The translations under genes were made by a program, and so were the position numbers. A DNA stretch of 63,502 bases, filler included, from Octopus bimaculoides (lineage: Eukaryota): assembly GCF_001194135.2 (NCBI RefSeq). It is 5 parts of 5 records of this genome, joined end to end, with 100 filler letters (N's around TTAATTAATTAA, not from the genome) between each part and the next. Parts side by side here need not be neighbours in the genome. Positions count along the whole stretch, not along the records: positions 1 to 18,676 come from NC_068988.1; 4 more parts are not named here. One strand, 5' to 3'. Shown one piece after another: positions 1 through 13,114 of this stretch (position 1 is its first letter; every line of letters begins with the position of its first letter). Below the pieces are notes generated by a model. That model did no database searches and was not told the origin of the DNA. It saw only the letters and a list, made by a program, of their open reading frames with translations.

Positions 1-115
1 AATATATGGTACCCTAGGCATAACACCTACATGAACTTCTAACTTGTTGTCTCTTGAGGTCTCTGGGTGAGACTTGGATCCAACTTGTACAAATGCAAAA
101 CAAAAGTCAAACATA
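1..115 (+). mobile_element. 3' end/3'UTR of an R4/Dong-like non-LTR retrotransposon
   Basis: GAGGTCTCTGGGTGAGACTTG resembles the 3' end of the element at 185-4330 (GAGATTTGAGGAGACTTG); runs directly into an (AAT)n tail. Confidence 0.45.
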
Positions 116-116
116 A

Positions 117-184
<68 letters not shown>
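116..184. repeat. (AAT)n microsatellite
   Basis: Direct reading. Confidence 0.98.
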
Positions 185-185
<1 letters not shown>

Positions 186-3100
186 TACAACGTGAAATCG
201 AATCACATCTGCATAATTGAATTCTGGTCAGCATCCACAAACATCCGGCTGTAGGCGACTAAACTGGCAATCTCACAGCGTGCTCTGTGGGGAGGGTGTT
301 TGTTCTTGCTACTCGTCACCCTGCAGGATTTAAAAGACCTTTCTAAGGACAGATGAACTCTGAGGAGTCAGCAGTCACCTACGTAGGATTCTTTGTTAGA
401 AGTGCTGCCGATGAAGCCATTGTCCCCTTACAACAGCAGTAATGATAATAAATGCCCCGAGAACAAATTAGCAGAGAATGTCTTCATGAGGAAAAGTCTA
501 CTACAGAGAGAAGAGGTTCTCTTTAAACTTACCTGGCAGCCCCTAGAGATTGTGTCAATAAAAACACTGATGATTTTGACACCTCACCAACAGTCCACTT
601 CATGGGTCTAATTATCATAGCTGCGTTCATGAGATCCGAACCCCTGTGAACGTCTCTGGCACGGCAAGTGTTCCACTGCGCAGAAATGTGGGCCTGCTCT
701 TTATCCCAATACTTCCACAAAGATTTGGAGAAGATGGACTCAAAATGACAACAGAAGTGTAATAGAATGTTATTGCAGAAGCCAACCACCAGCATAGAAT
801 ACAAGAAAAGAAGGCATAAAATTTGGACAGAAAGACATGTTCCCTGTCACGGGGAAAGAATTCTAGGCCAAAAAATGTATTCGTGAAAAAGCAGTGGCTA
901 TCCCAGTTGGAACCGGAGAAGGTCTCCACAATAGTTAAAGAGCGTGAACATGACTACACTGAACACAAAGGTCAAGAAGCAGGACAAGAATAGGGGTTAG
1001 TAGAGGGACCAATAAGTGCCTACAAAAGAAACAGCTTCCCGGACGAAAGCAAATTTTACTTTGTGAGAGAGAAAGACTGTGAAAGAGGAAGACAGAAGCT
1101 TACTACTACACCTGAATGAAGCCAAAATAGCAAACGAAAGAGTCTACCAGTAAGTGGGATCGAAATAAGAAGACTATAAAAAGTAGTGAAAGAAATGGAT
1201 GAACTGCTAATGAAAATCTACATCGAAAACAATATGTGTAAACGGTCTCATGTACTGCGCAGCTTCTACTGCTGTCCAAACCCTTGGAATTAAAAGTCAA
1301 TGGGAAACAAAGGACAAAGCCCCATGGCTGGAACGAAGATATGAGAACCAACTGAACAGCTCATGAGAAATCTTAGACGGACACATGCAATCAAAGAAAA
1401 GAAGACGGTGAGGAAAAGGCACAGAGACAAACTGCAAAGGAAGTACAACATAAAACACAGAGGCTGCAGGTAGTTAACGAAGAACTAAGACAAAAAAGAT
1501 TTTTAAGTGTCGGGTAAAAAAATGGAAAACTGATACCAAGTTAGAACAACTCAGTACTAGTAAAATATATTAATCAAAAACAACGAAAGGAAATTCTATA
1601 AACAACAGAACAATAAAGAGGAGTATCAGGGAAATGATATGCCATATGCTGAAGCAACAAGAAAATTCTGCGCAGAAATCTGGAGCAAAGAAGTAAAAAA
1701 TTATATATATGTAGACTAGTTGCGGAAATTTAAAAGAGAAATAAAAGATAGAGCGACACAAGAAAATATAACAATCATACATAAGAACGTAAAAGATATG
1801 ATCAAAAAGATACCAAACCAGAAATTCTCCGTGCCAGATGATGTTCAGGGCTTCTTGTTCAAAATCTCCCAAATATACACGGTAATATACAACCACTGAC
1901 TGCATAGAAGATGGGACCTAAACATGGATAACTAAAGGAAGGACAGTGATGATACAGAAGGATAACGAAAAGAGAGGGGAAGTCAGTAATTTTAGCCCTA
2001 TTACTTGTTTACCATTACTCCGGAAATTTTTAACTGGCCTCATAGATGAAATACATAAATTTCTGCAAAAGGAGAATTCATAGCCAGAGGAGCAAAAAGA
2101 ATGTCGAAAGAAATTAAAGGAAACTGCTGAACTGCGGTATATATATATATATATATATAGTAGAATACTAACTTAAGTTGGCACTCCGTCGCTTACGACG
2201 GTGAGGGTTCCAGTTGATCCGATCAACGGAACAGCCTGCTTGTGAAATTAACGTGCAAGTGGCTGAGCACTCCACAGACACGTGTACCCTTAACATAGTT
2301 CTCGGGGAGATTCAGCGTGACACAGAGTGTGACAAGGCTGACCCTTTGAATTACAGGCACAACAGAAACAGGAAGTAAGAGTGAGAGAAAGTTGTGGTGA
2401 AAGAGTACAGCAGGGTTCGCCACCATCCCCTGCCGGAGCCATGTGGAACTTTAGGTGTTTTCGCTCAATAAACACTCACAACGTCCGGTCTGGGAATCGA
2501 AACCGCGATCCTACGACCACAAGTCCGCTGCCCTAACCACTGGGCCATTGCGCCTCCACACTAAATGAAGTATGAGTAAGAAAAAATATTTCAGCTGTTA
2601 GATGGATAGATTATGTCACTGCTGGCTCTTGAAGTGTCTAAGGACGTTCGGAGTCAATGAGAAAATAAACAACTTCTTGAAAAAAGCAATGAGAGTGTGG
2701 GAAGTAGAACCAGCATGTGCAAATGAATTGCTAGGAAACGTGAAAATACGTAAGGACATTTTCCGGGGAGACTCGCTCTTTTCCGTTACTCTTCGGCGTT
2801 GTGTTAATCCTTCTGACAAGTATACTGAGAAAATCCGGGCCTGCCTGTGAGTTTAGCAAAACCAAGATGAAAATAAATCACCTACTTTATATGGATGATC
2901 TCAAGCTATATTCAAAACATGGGACAGACCTGGATTTTTTGATCCGAACAGTTAGAGTATTCAATAATGATACTGAAATGCAGTTTTGAGTAAATAAATG
3001 CGCAGTACTAATTACAGAGGGAGGCCGGAAGGTAAACTGAGATGGCATAAAATTAACACAAGACATTCGATTGCTGTGGAATAATGAGGGATACAAATAC

Positions 3101-4330
3101 CTTGGTGTGGTGTAAGACGATAAGACAAAGGAAGGAGAAATGAGAAAGTCACTAAAGAGTACAAGAGGAGAGTTAGGAAGTGCTTAAAGCAAAATTAAAG
3201 GGAGGGAATATCATTAATATGTCCGTTTAAGATACTTAGCTCCCTTTCTAAAATGGACAACGGTCGAGCTACAGAAGCTGGATAGAACTAGAAAACAGCT
3301 CACAATGCACAACGAACACCACCTTAAATGTAACAACGATAAACTGTACCTACCAAGAAATGAAGGCGGTAGAAGATTACTAAACAGAAGACACTGTTAA
3401 TACTGCGATACTGGGTCTGAAAAATTATGTCGTGCAAAGTAAAGAAAGAATACTATCGGCAGCTAAAAAGTGACTGAAACAGCAGAATTCAAAGAGAAAA
3501 GAATAAGCAAGTGGGGGGGGGGGAATGAAACTACATGGCTAACTCATGTAATGAACTGAGAATGCCGGATGTAAAGAACGCTGGCTCTCGCTCACAGACG
3601 GGAACTTGAAACGAGAGACAGAAACGCTAATTTTAGCCGCTCAGGAACAAAATATTAGAACATATCTGATAAAGGCAAAGATCAACAAAACTCGGTCAGA
3701 CAGCAATTGTAGAATCTGTAGGAAAGGAGACCTTTTGTGTGAGTGCTGTATACTAGCACAAAAGGAGTGTAAACGCAGACATGACTTTACAAGCAAAAGA
3801 TGTCAGCCGATTGTGTGACTTCAAAATAAAATAAAAGTGTTATGAACACAAAATAGAGGTTGTGATAGAAAACGAAAATTGCAGGATCTTGAGAGACTTC
3901 CCTAGAATGACTACCCGTATTATTGAAGCAAGAAGATCGGCTATAATTATAGAAGACAAAATAAACAAATAGTAAATCGTGTAAGATGATAAATTTTGCA
4001 ATTTCCTAAAATTGCAGAGTCGATACCAAAGATATTGAAAAGATTGAAAAATATCAGAATCTGGCCAGATAGCCGATGAGATTGTCGAAGACGAAGACAA
4101 TTATTCCTGTAGTAATTGATGCACTTGGCACAACACCTAAAATGCTACCTAAAAGATTGAAAGAGATTAGAATTGGAACTCGCATTGTCGACCTGCCGAA
4201 AAGTACCATCCTTAATTCTGCAAGTATTCTTAGAAAGTTTCTTGAGATTTGAGGAGACTTGTCATCAAACCTCAAAATAAAATCCCAATTAAATTAGCAT
4301 GTAACAATTAAAAACAACAATAGTAATTAT
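185..4330 (+). mobile_element. Near full-length degenerate R4/Dong-clade LINE (RT plus C-terminal zinc finger and restriction-like endonuclease)
   Basis: Frameshifted motifs: PITCLP (~2000), GDSLFPLLF (~2765), NHLLYMDDLKLY (~2876), YKYLG (~3092), LKRETETLILAAQEQ, CRIC..LAQKECKRRHD, ENENCRILRDF, IPVVIDALGTTP. Interrupted by a SINE at 2177-2559. Confidence 0.88.
2177..2559 (-). mobile_element. tRNA-derived SINE, family 1 (head GTGGAGGCGCAATGGCCCAGTGGTTAGGGC)
   Basis: A-box TGGCCCAGTGG and B-box GGTTTCGATTCC; near-identical copies at 6486, 42873 and 48368. Confidence 0.9.
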
Positions 4331-4344
4331 CATTATTATAATCA

Positions 4345-4552
4345 TTTCTGCTACAGGCACAAGGCCTCAAATTTTTCGGGTAAGGGTTAATCAATCACAT
4401 TGACCTTAGTGCTCGATTAGCACTTCTTTTATTGACTTTGAAAAGATAAAAGGCTAAGTCGACCGCCGGAGAATTTGAGCTTAGAACGTAGAAGTCGAAA
4501 GGAATGGTTCTGAGCAACTTGTCCGGTGCGTCAACGATTCTGTCAATAATAA
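4345..4552 (-). mobile_element. tRNA-derived SINE, family 2 (diverged)
   Basis: Aligns by eye with the copy at 14336-14520 (GTCGAC..GGAATTTGAACTCAGAACG; tail AGGCACAAGGCCTCAAATT). Confidence 0.8.
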
Positions 4553-5204
4553 TAATAATANNNNNNNNNNNNNNNNNNNNNNNNNNNNNNNNNNNNNNNN
4601 NNNNNNNNNNNNNNNNNNNNNNNNNNNNNNNNNNNNNNNNNNNNNNNNNNNNNNNNNNNNNNNNNNNNNNNNNNNNNNNNNNNNNNNNNNNNNNNNNNNN
4701 NNNNNNNNNNNNNNNNNNNNNNNNNNNNNNNNNNNNNNNNNNNNNNNNNNNNNNNNNNNNNNNNNNNNNNNNNNNNNNNNNNNNNNNNNNNNNNNNNNNN
4801 NNNNNNNNNNNNNNNNNNNNNNNNNNNNNNNNNNNNNNNNNNNNNNNNNNNNNNNNNNNNNNNNNNNNNNNNNNNNNNNNNNNNNNNNNNNNNNNNNNNN
4901 NNNNNNNNNNNNNNNNNNNNNNNNNNNNNNNNNNNNNNNNNNNNNNNNNNNNNNNNNNNNNNNNNNNNNNNNNNNNNNNNNNNNNNNNNNNNNNNNNNNN
5001 NNNNNNNNNNNNNNNNNNNNNNNNNNNNNNNNNNNNNNNNNNNNNNNNNNNNNNNNNNNNNNNNNNNNNNNNNNNNNNNNNNNNNNNNNNNNNNNNNNNN
5101 NNNNNNNNNNNNNNNNNNNNNNNNNNNNTTACACACATAGATACGCACAGCGTAATTTATTATATAAACAATATATGCGTATAAATTACGATTAAACCGG
5201 ATGA

Positions 5205-5461
5205 AATATGTCACAGGGAATAACATCTTTATGACCGCCCAGCAGTAACTCTATTCAGCTGAATAGACGTCAGTGGTTGGTTGAAATTACAGAAATACGA
5301 CAACTTTAACATGGAATAACTTGCGATGTACATCTTTTTGTTAAGAAGACTAAGAGTAAAAGATGTTTTATATGTCACATTCTACCAGTGTCCCAAGTTT
5401 CAAAGTGTTTCGTTAGTGTTTCGTTAAGAAAATACTGGTGCCCCCGTTTTGAAATAGATCC
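5205..5461 (+). mobile_element. One arm of the GG-ended TIR MITE family also at 16846 and 36041 (rest lost or in N gap)
   Basis: CAGCTGAATAGACGTCAGTGGTTGGTTGAAATTACAGAAATACGACAAC...TTCTACCAGTGTCCCAAGTTTCAAAGTGTTTCG...GATCC matches the right arm of 36041-36605. Confidence 0.8.
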
Positions 5462-5585
5462 ATAATAATAACCCATGTTATAACGTGAACTATGTCCGTC
5501 TGTCTGTCATAATATAGATAAGCCAAAATCTTTGCTTTAACTAAATAGTTTATAGTTTTTTGCAGATGTCAGCAACAGTTATCCC

Positions 5586-5587
<2 letters not shown>

Positions 5588-5652
<65 letters not shown>

Positions 5653-6005
5653 CTCTTTCTCTCACTCTTTCTCTCTCTCTCTCTTTCTTTCTCTCTCTTT
5701 TTCCATCTCTCTCCCTTTCTCCCTTCTCTCTCTGTCTTTCACTTTCTCTGCTTGTCTGTTTGTTTACCTGTCTGCCTGTTTGTCTGTCTGTCTGTCTGTA
5801 TACACAAAACAGAATAGCACTCAGTCACGCTCACGCGCACACACCCGTACATATATGCATACATACACACATACACATACATATGGATGGATGTACTATG
5901 TGTACGTATGCATATGTGTGTATGTACGAGGATGCTAATATATATGTGTGTGCATGTGTCTTGTGTGTGTGTGTGTGTGCGTGTGTGTGTGTGTGTTGTT
6001 GTTGT
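5588..6005. repeat. (CT)n, (CTGT)n, (CA/TA)n and (GT)n microsatellite block
   Basis: Direct reading. Confidence 0.95.
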
Positions 6006-6485
6006 TTTAATTGACGCACACCACTCAACACCAAGAGTGCTTCGTACTTTTGCTGCAAGTATGCCATGACAGATAAGACACAAGAATGGATGTGTTTCGC
6101 TTCAATTGCATATCAATTACAAACGGGACGACAAACAGTCTTTAACTGCCCATTACGTTTCTATATTTCTAGCTCAACAACTAGATCTGTGTAATTCCTT
6201 AATTTCTATCAATATTATTGTCATTTGATATTGCTATTAGTTATCAAACTAATAGATTCGTGTTATTGTTGTTACGAAGAACGTAGTATATGGTGAACTG
6301 TCTATGTTAAAATTCCATAGCATTATCACATTGTTAGTTTTTTTTATGACAGCCGAAGGCTCATACGAGTAAGGAAGAGCTTTTCTTCGAAGACGTTTAA
6401 AATAGTGGGGCTCGGCGTATACTTTGCTACGTCATTGTATCTCGAGCTACATTTTGCCAGATTTAGTGTGGCACATTCTAATATC

Positions 6486-6852
6486 TGTTACGACATCGAG
6501 GGTTCCAGTTGATCCGATCAACGGAACAGCCTGCTCGTGAATTTAACGTGCAAGTTGCTGAGCACTCCACAGACACGTGTACCCTTAACGTAGTTCTCGG
6601 GGATATTCAGCGTGACACAGTGTGACAAGGCTGACCCTTTGAATTACAGGCACAACAGAAACAGGAAGTAAGAGTGAGAGAAAGTTGTGGTGGAAGAGTA
6701 CAGCAGAGTTCGCCACCATCCCCTGCCGGAGCATCGTAGTGCTTTAGGTGTTTTCGCTCAATAAACACTCACAACGCCCGGTCTGGGAATCGAAACCGCG
6801 ATCCTATGACCGCGAGTCCGCTGCCTTAACCACTGGGCTATTGCGCCTCCAC
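6486..6852 (-). mobile_element. tRNA-derived SINE, family 1
   Basis: Near full-length copy; flanked by probable TSD ACATTCTA (6473-6480 and 6851-6858). Confidence 0.92.
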
Positions 6853-7261
6853 ATTCTAGTATATCGAAGTGTAAAATCTCAAAACATGCCCCACACATAT
6901 GACATTCGTCATTTTTACTGCAGGAGTTGCGAATATTCCTTTCATTATATCTCATAGTGATTGTTTGTTCTTGGATCGCCAATATCGTAATTTTTGCCTT
7001 TTTTTTTTTTTCTTGCCTCATTCAGGTTGGATTTGTATTCCATTTCAAAAAGAACCTTGCATGTAAAAATAGGATATCAAGTTTGTGTAAACAATTTACT
7101 ATGTAAAGGTATAAATTTATGGTGATTCCCTACGATTGATCGATGTGCCCTCAGCATGACAGTTTTTACTGCTGTTTTATAACCACACTTTAGTTGTCCG
7201 AATAATTTGAATACTTTATAACTGTTGATATAATCCGATTTGCTATATTTTATCTTGTCAA

Positions 7262-7895
7262 CCGTGACTGCCCGAGATGCTCGCAGAGCGACGAAATTGT
7301 TTTGCACGTTCTCGTCCAGTGCCTGAGCATTGCTGATTTGTGGGCCTGTCGAACACCCTTTGTCACATGTAGGATGGATCAGCCTATCGGCTGAGTCCAT
7401 CGCGGAGATCGCCCTGCCGCCTTCCTTTGGCCGAGAAGGTTAGGCAGTGTTTCTTTGTCTAGTGACATTAGCGAAAGATGTTGTATGGTGGACAACGATT
7501 TGATAGATTGAAACGGATGAAGACAGACACTTTTCTCTTTGGCTAATTCCTCATCAACTTTTTCAAGTTTCTCTTGAAAAGGAAATTGAGGGTAGAGAGA
7601 GAAGTGCTGGCTTCCTGCAAAATTGTTAAAAGATGGGTAAATGCTGCAAGAATAGCCGGAGTGAACCAACCTACTCTGAGTATGGGGCTGTAGAATGAAG
7701 AAAGGCGATGTGGAAAGGGCACTTACTCTAATGGTCAAAGTGACCGTGGTTTTGTGGGGTTTCCATGAGCAGCCCTAAAACACCTTTGGGGGAACTATTG
7801 ATTGTTATAATTTTACTGTTATTTTTACTTTTTATACGCCTTTTATACCGTCCCCATAATTTTTGAAAACCCATAGTGGTTAATAAAGAAAGCAA
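7262..7895 (+). mobile_element. 5'-truncated Tx1/L1-clade LINE (C-terminal zinc knuckle and 3'UTR)
   Basis: DCPRCSQSDEIVLHVLVQC and AVFLCLVTLAKDVVWW match the C-terminus of the element at 20383-25637; ends GTGGTTAATAAAGAAAG, like GTGGGCAATAAAGAAAT there. Confidence 0.8.
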
Positions 7896-7937
7896 TTATT
7901 ATTAATATCATCATCATCATTATCACTACCGTCATCG

Positions 7938-7972
<35 letters not shown>

Positions 7973-8234
7973 GTTCAGTAGTTTTATTTTTATAACGTGC
8001 TTTCACTTCACTACCGAGCGCAGCTCTGTGCGCCTTGGGTATGTGCTGTGGTTTGCTGTGATGCTCTTATGCTTACTGTATTGAAAGTGTTTTGCGTAGG
8101 ATGTGTGCAGTACCCAGTAGTGCAATTTTCTGTATGTTATATATATTTGTAAGTCCTGGTGTTTTTGTTATGTATTTGTCTGAATATTTTTTTTATTATA
8201 CCTAAGGCACCTACTATGTTAGGAATTGTTTCTG

Positions 8235-8236
<2 letters not shown>
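7973..8236 (-). mobile_element. Short 3' fragment of an R4/Dong-like LINE, with (TTA)n on both sides
   Basis: Reverse strand reads IVGALGIIKKYSDKYITKTPGLTNIYNIQKIALLGTAHILRKTLSIQ* then 3'UTR. Confidence 0.88.
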
Positions 8237-8301
<65 letters not shown>

Positions 8302-8302
8302 T

Positions 8303-9354
8303 ACTTTTGATCTGCATGTTTATTGCAATCACTTGCCGAGACACACCCAGCGTCTTGGGGCAAGTGAAGGATAAGAGATGTTACAGTATGACTGAAAGCT
8401 TAGGGTAGGAGAAGTGGAAGGGGCTGTAATATTTTCATGTAATACATGAAAAATCTTCTTGTAATACAAGAAAAATCTTCATGTAATACAACACAGACAT
8501 TTAAATGGATAGAGGTTTCCGAAGGATGTGGACAGTACTTGTCAGTACAATCTTTGGGATTTTTCTGAGACATGATTCTCCTGGGATCTCATCTAGATGT
8601 TTGTGACATCCCTTTTTTATCATACCTCGGGCACCTACAATAACAGGAACAGTTCTCCCTTTTAAATGCCGCAGTTTTTGTATTTCAATTTCCAGGTCCT
8701 TGTAGTTACTCAACTTGTCAAATTCCTTTACATATGTATTTTTTATTAGTAGGAACACTTATATCTACAATTATTTTCTTCCCTGTCTTTAATTATTATG
8801 TCTGGTCGATTAGCCTGGGTCGTTCTGTCAGTGTTGACTGGAAAACCCAGAGGATAATGACATTTTTATTTTCAACGACTGACTCAGGGTGTTGTTCAAA
8901 CCAGTAAGCAGGAGTGCTGATTTTGTAGTGTTTACATATTTCCAATGTAAATACTGCCCTACCTTATCGTAGCGATTTTGTATTCGTTTGGTGTCAGCAC
9001 AGGACATCCTGAGACGAAATGGCCTATTGTTTTGACAAATGTGTCGCAGAATCTGCATTTAGGGTCAGAACCGTTTTGAAGAACGTTAGCCTGGTAATTT
9101 TTATAAGCAAGCTTTGATCTTGTGCCACCAATATGAAACTTTCAGTCTCTGCTTTCAGTCCTAAACTTCTCAGTCTCTTATGGGTTGTTGCCTGGTCTAT
9201 ATCAGCATTTCGACTTCGAAGTATATACTGTCCATGTAGAGGTTTCTGGCTCCACCGCGCCTCAATTTGTTTCTACTTGTTCTCTTTTTTTTGCAGTCTG
9301 CTTGATCCGTTTTGCTTGTTTTGTAGTAGTGGTTTCAGGTTCTTCATCTTTATC

Positions 9355-9357
<3 letters not shown>
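8303..9357 (-). mobile_element. 3' portion of an R4/Dong-like LINE (second subfamily)
   Basis: CRFCDTFVKTIGHFVSGCPVL..YDKVGQYLHW; DKLSNYKDLEIEI..VPVIVGARG..IVLTSTVHILRKPLSI. Confidence 0.88.
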
Positions 9358-9404
<47 letters not shown>

Positions 9405-9462
9405 GTTGTTGTTGTTGTTGTTTTTGCTGTTGTTGTTGTTGTTGTTGTTATTGTTGTTGTTG
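9358..9462. repeat. (TTA)n/(TTG)n compound microsatellite
   Basis: Direct reading; separates two LINE fragments. Confidence 0.97.
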
Positions 9463-10345
9463 TCTTTGCACAGCTTCTAACGCTGGAGATGTACTACGGT
9501 GTCAGCTGTTCACTACCAGTGAACTGAAGTAACACCTCTTGTTTTTCGAGCACCATCCGGAGTATTCGAGCAGTTCCAAGCAGTGATGTTTTCTGCAAGT
9601 GATGTTTTCTCCACTCTTATTGCAACCCCTATTTATTCCATGTACTTCTCAACATTATTGGTACTACTACCACCTTTTTCATCGACCACAACTGCTTAAC
9701 CTCCCAAGCTAACCTGTCATATCTATCGACTTTTCTTTCTTCCTTATCGCATACCTTGTTGTCAGTTGAGCATGCTATATCTATGATCTAGCGTTGTTTG
9801 CTTTCTTTATCAATTAACACTATGTCTGGCTTCCTATTCTCTATCTCATGGTCGCACTGAATCATAAAATCCCTTAGGATATTTGCATTATTATTTCCGA
9901 TGATGCCTTCAGGTTTATGTTCGTACCACTTTTTTGCTCTGTCAAGTCTGTACTTGTTGCAAAGTATCCAATGGACAACCCTTGCTATATTGTCATAACG
10001 TCTCTTATATTCTTTCTGAGTTAATGGCGTACATTGACTGGTAATATGCCACACGGTTTCACCATTTTGTCCACAAATACTGCACTTATCACTTTCTGAT
10101 GTGTTATCTATTCTGTATTTGATGTAATTTGTTCTTATGCTTGCTCTTGAACAGCACTGATTAGAGCTCCCGTTTTAAGTTTTAAATCACGTTTAGTCAT
10201 CCATAGCCATCTTCTTTTTCTGTCTATCTTACCTTCAACATCCTTATGAAATTGTCCATGCATTCTTTTCTTTATCCACTTATTTTCAGTTTCATTCATT
10301 CTCAAGTACTTGTACCGTGTTTTATCTTTGCAATCTTTCATCCTA
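9463..10345 (-). mobile_element. 3' portion of an R4/Dong-like LINE (third subfamily)
   Basis: KRMHGQFHKDV..WLWMTKRDLKLKTGALISAVQEQA; LTQKEYKRRYDNIARVVHW; ILRDFMIQCDHEIENRKPDIVLIDK; TSLLGTARILRMVL. Confidence 0.9.
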
Positions 10346-10985
10346 CTCAAGCCGGACCTTCTTACTGGGCAAAGATCAATCTACGACAGAATAAAGGCAA
10401 GACTACAGAAGAACGATAGCGACATTATTTGCAACCTTAAAAAGGTTGATCGGTGGAAATTGAACCAAGAAACGAAAAATGTCAATAAAATTCTGAAATA
10501 CATCAGAACAAACAACATCACAGAAACAAATAATTTGATTAAGGCAGCAAGTATTCTTGTAGCAGAAAATGTGGGTGTCGATGTCAAGAAAAGGAAACAT
10601 AATGGGAGTGACAAAAGAAAAGATCCATGATGGAAAAGAAGAATACAGGCGGGGTTAGATATGCTCTCGAAGGAGATTTCTGTGTTAGACTGAAAATAGA
10701 AAGGGGAGTTTAAAAGCGAACAAGAATACAGGGTACTTAACGGGAAGTATGATATTGAAAGAAAGGGCCTGAAAGTGGTAATGAATGAACTGAAACAGCG
10801 CCTCGTTGCAAAGAAAGCAAAGATGGTAAGATACGCCCAAAGAATGAAGGGGTACCAGCAGAATAGGTTATTCAGATTATATCTGAAGAGATTCTACAAA
10901 GATCTAAACGGAGAGTTTACAAATGAAAAGTTGATACCAGGTAACATTGAAAGAACTAGTCGTTTCAGTGTGAAAGAAATCAGCA
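10346..10985 (+). mobile_element. N-terminal (pre-RT) segment of an R4/Dong-like LINE, inverted relative to the neighbouring fragment
   Basis: NNITETNNLIKAASILVAENVG..P*WKRRIQ; ELKQRLVAKKAKMVRYAQRMKGYQQNRLF; homologous to ~1100-1700 of the element at 185-4330. Confidence 0.8.
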
Positions 10986-11283
10986 AAAAAAAAGGGGGGG
11001 CAACTGGAAGGCCCTGGGACCAGATTTAATAGTACTGCTAACATAGTATAACACAATAGTGACTTAAAAAGCGTTTAATATACTTTATAGTATATAATGG
11101 TTGCATAACGAAATACGGTGTCTCTACAAGTCAACAGCATGACACTAAATTCTTGCATATTTCAGAAAAGCTAACTTCAATTCTCACCTCAATTAAAAGA
11201 CACCGAATACAATTTAGATGTTTAAATAATGATTCTGGAATATCTACATATGAATGTATCACGTGATAAATAATACAGTGATG

Positions 11284-11291
11284 TGCGTGCG

Positions 11292-11364
<73 letters not shown>
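11284..11364. repeat. (GT)n microsatellite
   Basis: Direct reading. Confidence 0.98.
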
Positions 11365-11369
<5 letters not shown>

Positions 11370-11419
11370 CAAAATAATAAAAATGCAGTTTTAACACAGT
11401 TATATTACGAAGAAAAATA

Positions 11420-11855
11420 AAGAGGATGACGAGGAAGAAAAGGAGGGGGCAGAAGAAGTAAAAAAAATATAATGTGGTGAGAGAAGGAGGAGGAGGGAGG
11501 AAAGGAGGAAGAGGAGAGAAGGGGGAAAGGAGACAGATGGGGAAGGAGGCGGATGGGAAAGGAAGGGATAGGAGGAGAAGGAAGAAGAGGAGGAGAAGGA
11601 AGAAGAGGAGGAGAAAGAAGAAGAGGAGGAGAAGGAAGAAGAAGAGGAGGAGGAAGAAGAGGAGGAGAAAAAAGAAGAGGAGGAGAAAGAAGAAGAGGAT
11701 GAGAAGGAAGAAGAAGAGGAGGAGGAGGAGAAAGTGGAGAAGTGGAAAGAGAAAGGAGAAAGTGGAAAGAGAAAGAAAGGAGGAGAAAGTGGAAAGAGAA
11801 AGAAAGGAGGAGAAAGTGAAAAGAGAAAGAAAGGAGGAGAAGGAGGAGGAAAGCA
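11420..11855. repeat. Purine-rich (GAG/AAG)n low-complexity tract ending in about three 27-bp units
   Basis: GAGAAAGTGGAAAGAGAAAGAAAGGAG repeated at ~11755-11835. Confidence 0.92.
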
Positions 11856-12728
11856 GAAACTTAGTTATCCCCGTCCCTTTTCACATACATACACAGTTAC
11901 GTACGTATCATTTCCTTTCCGTAATCTGCATCCAGGGATTCTAATTATGACATACAAAATTCTCGAGGCCTGAAAATTGATACACTTAAAATAATGTGTA
12001 TATACATGTGTATGTATGTATATATGTATGTATGAATGTATGTATTATGTGTATTATATATATATATACATATATATACGTATACATATTTATACATTTA
12101 AACACATTAGAAATACTATTCTGCCATTGTTTGTTGGGAGCGCTTTGGCACCACTAAAGTGAAGTTTGTCTACTCTTTGACACGTTTATCATAAGCCGTT
12201 CCCATAGTGTTTAGAAATAAAAAAAGGCCGCTGTTTTCGTTGTATTAATGTTTGTGTTGGTGGTGCCTGTGGTAGTGGCGGTGTTCTTGGTTTAGGGAGC
12301 GGTCATCTTAAATCTGAAAATGCTCATAACTGCTGCAGTTGCTTCTGTTGCTGTTGCTGTCGTCGTCGTCGTTGTTGTTGTCTGTAAGTTTTCTCTCAAA
12401 CTAACAGTTAGTGGTGGGAAAATAATGTCATATTGGCTGTGCCAACAGCCATCGCTTCCCTTATTTTTGGAAGCCATATTGTTATATTTTTGTTTTGTTT
12501 TGAAATATTAAATTTTAAAATTTAAATCTCGAAATTTACCCTTAAAGGACGAATTTTTCGCCAAACCAGCTCACTGTCAGGAAAGCGAGTTGGCTTATTT
12601 AATTAACAGTCTAAGAAAAATTCCAATACCAAATAATAAAACAAATTTTATAGAAAACGTACAAACCACGAACAAACGTTCCCTCTTTGCAAACACTAAT
12701 AACACTAATAACATCAACAACAACAATA

Positions 12729-12795
<67 letters not shown>

Positions 12796-12797
12796 GT

Positions 12798-13042
12798 AGT
12801 AGTAGGTGCCTTATGTATAATAAAAAAATATTCAGACAAATACATAAGAAAAACACCAGGACTTACAAATATATATAACATACAGAAAATTGCACTACTG
12901 GGCACTGCACACATTCTACGCAAAACACTTTCAATACAGTAACCATAAGAACACCACAGCAAACCACAGCACATACCCAAGGCACACAGAGCTGCGCTCG
13001 GTAGTGAAGTGAAAGCAGGTTATAAAAATAAAACTACTGAAC
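12798..13042 (+). mobile_element. Short 3' fragment of an R4/Dong-like LINE, with (AAT)n on both sides
   Basis: About 96% identical by eye (9 differences in ~250 nt) to the reverse complement of 7973-8220. Confidence 0.9.

Positions 13043-13112
<70 letters not shown>

Positions 13113-13114
<2 letters not shown>

Noticed and set aside
2500-2559. tRNA genes at SINE heads
   Set aside because: A and B boxes are present but no acceptor stem closes, and each continues into a conserved SINE body.
7077-7738. 107-aa and 119-aa - strand ORFs
   Set aside because: They are largely the antisense of the Tx1 3' fragment at 7262-7895.
11474-11944. 156-aa Arg/Lys/Glu-rich ORF resembling a protamine or SR protein
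   Set aside because: It is a GA-only low-complexity tract that cannot contain stops; no splice or ATG support.
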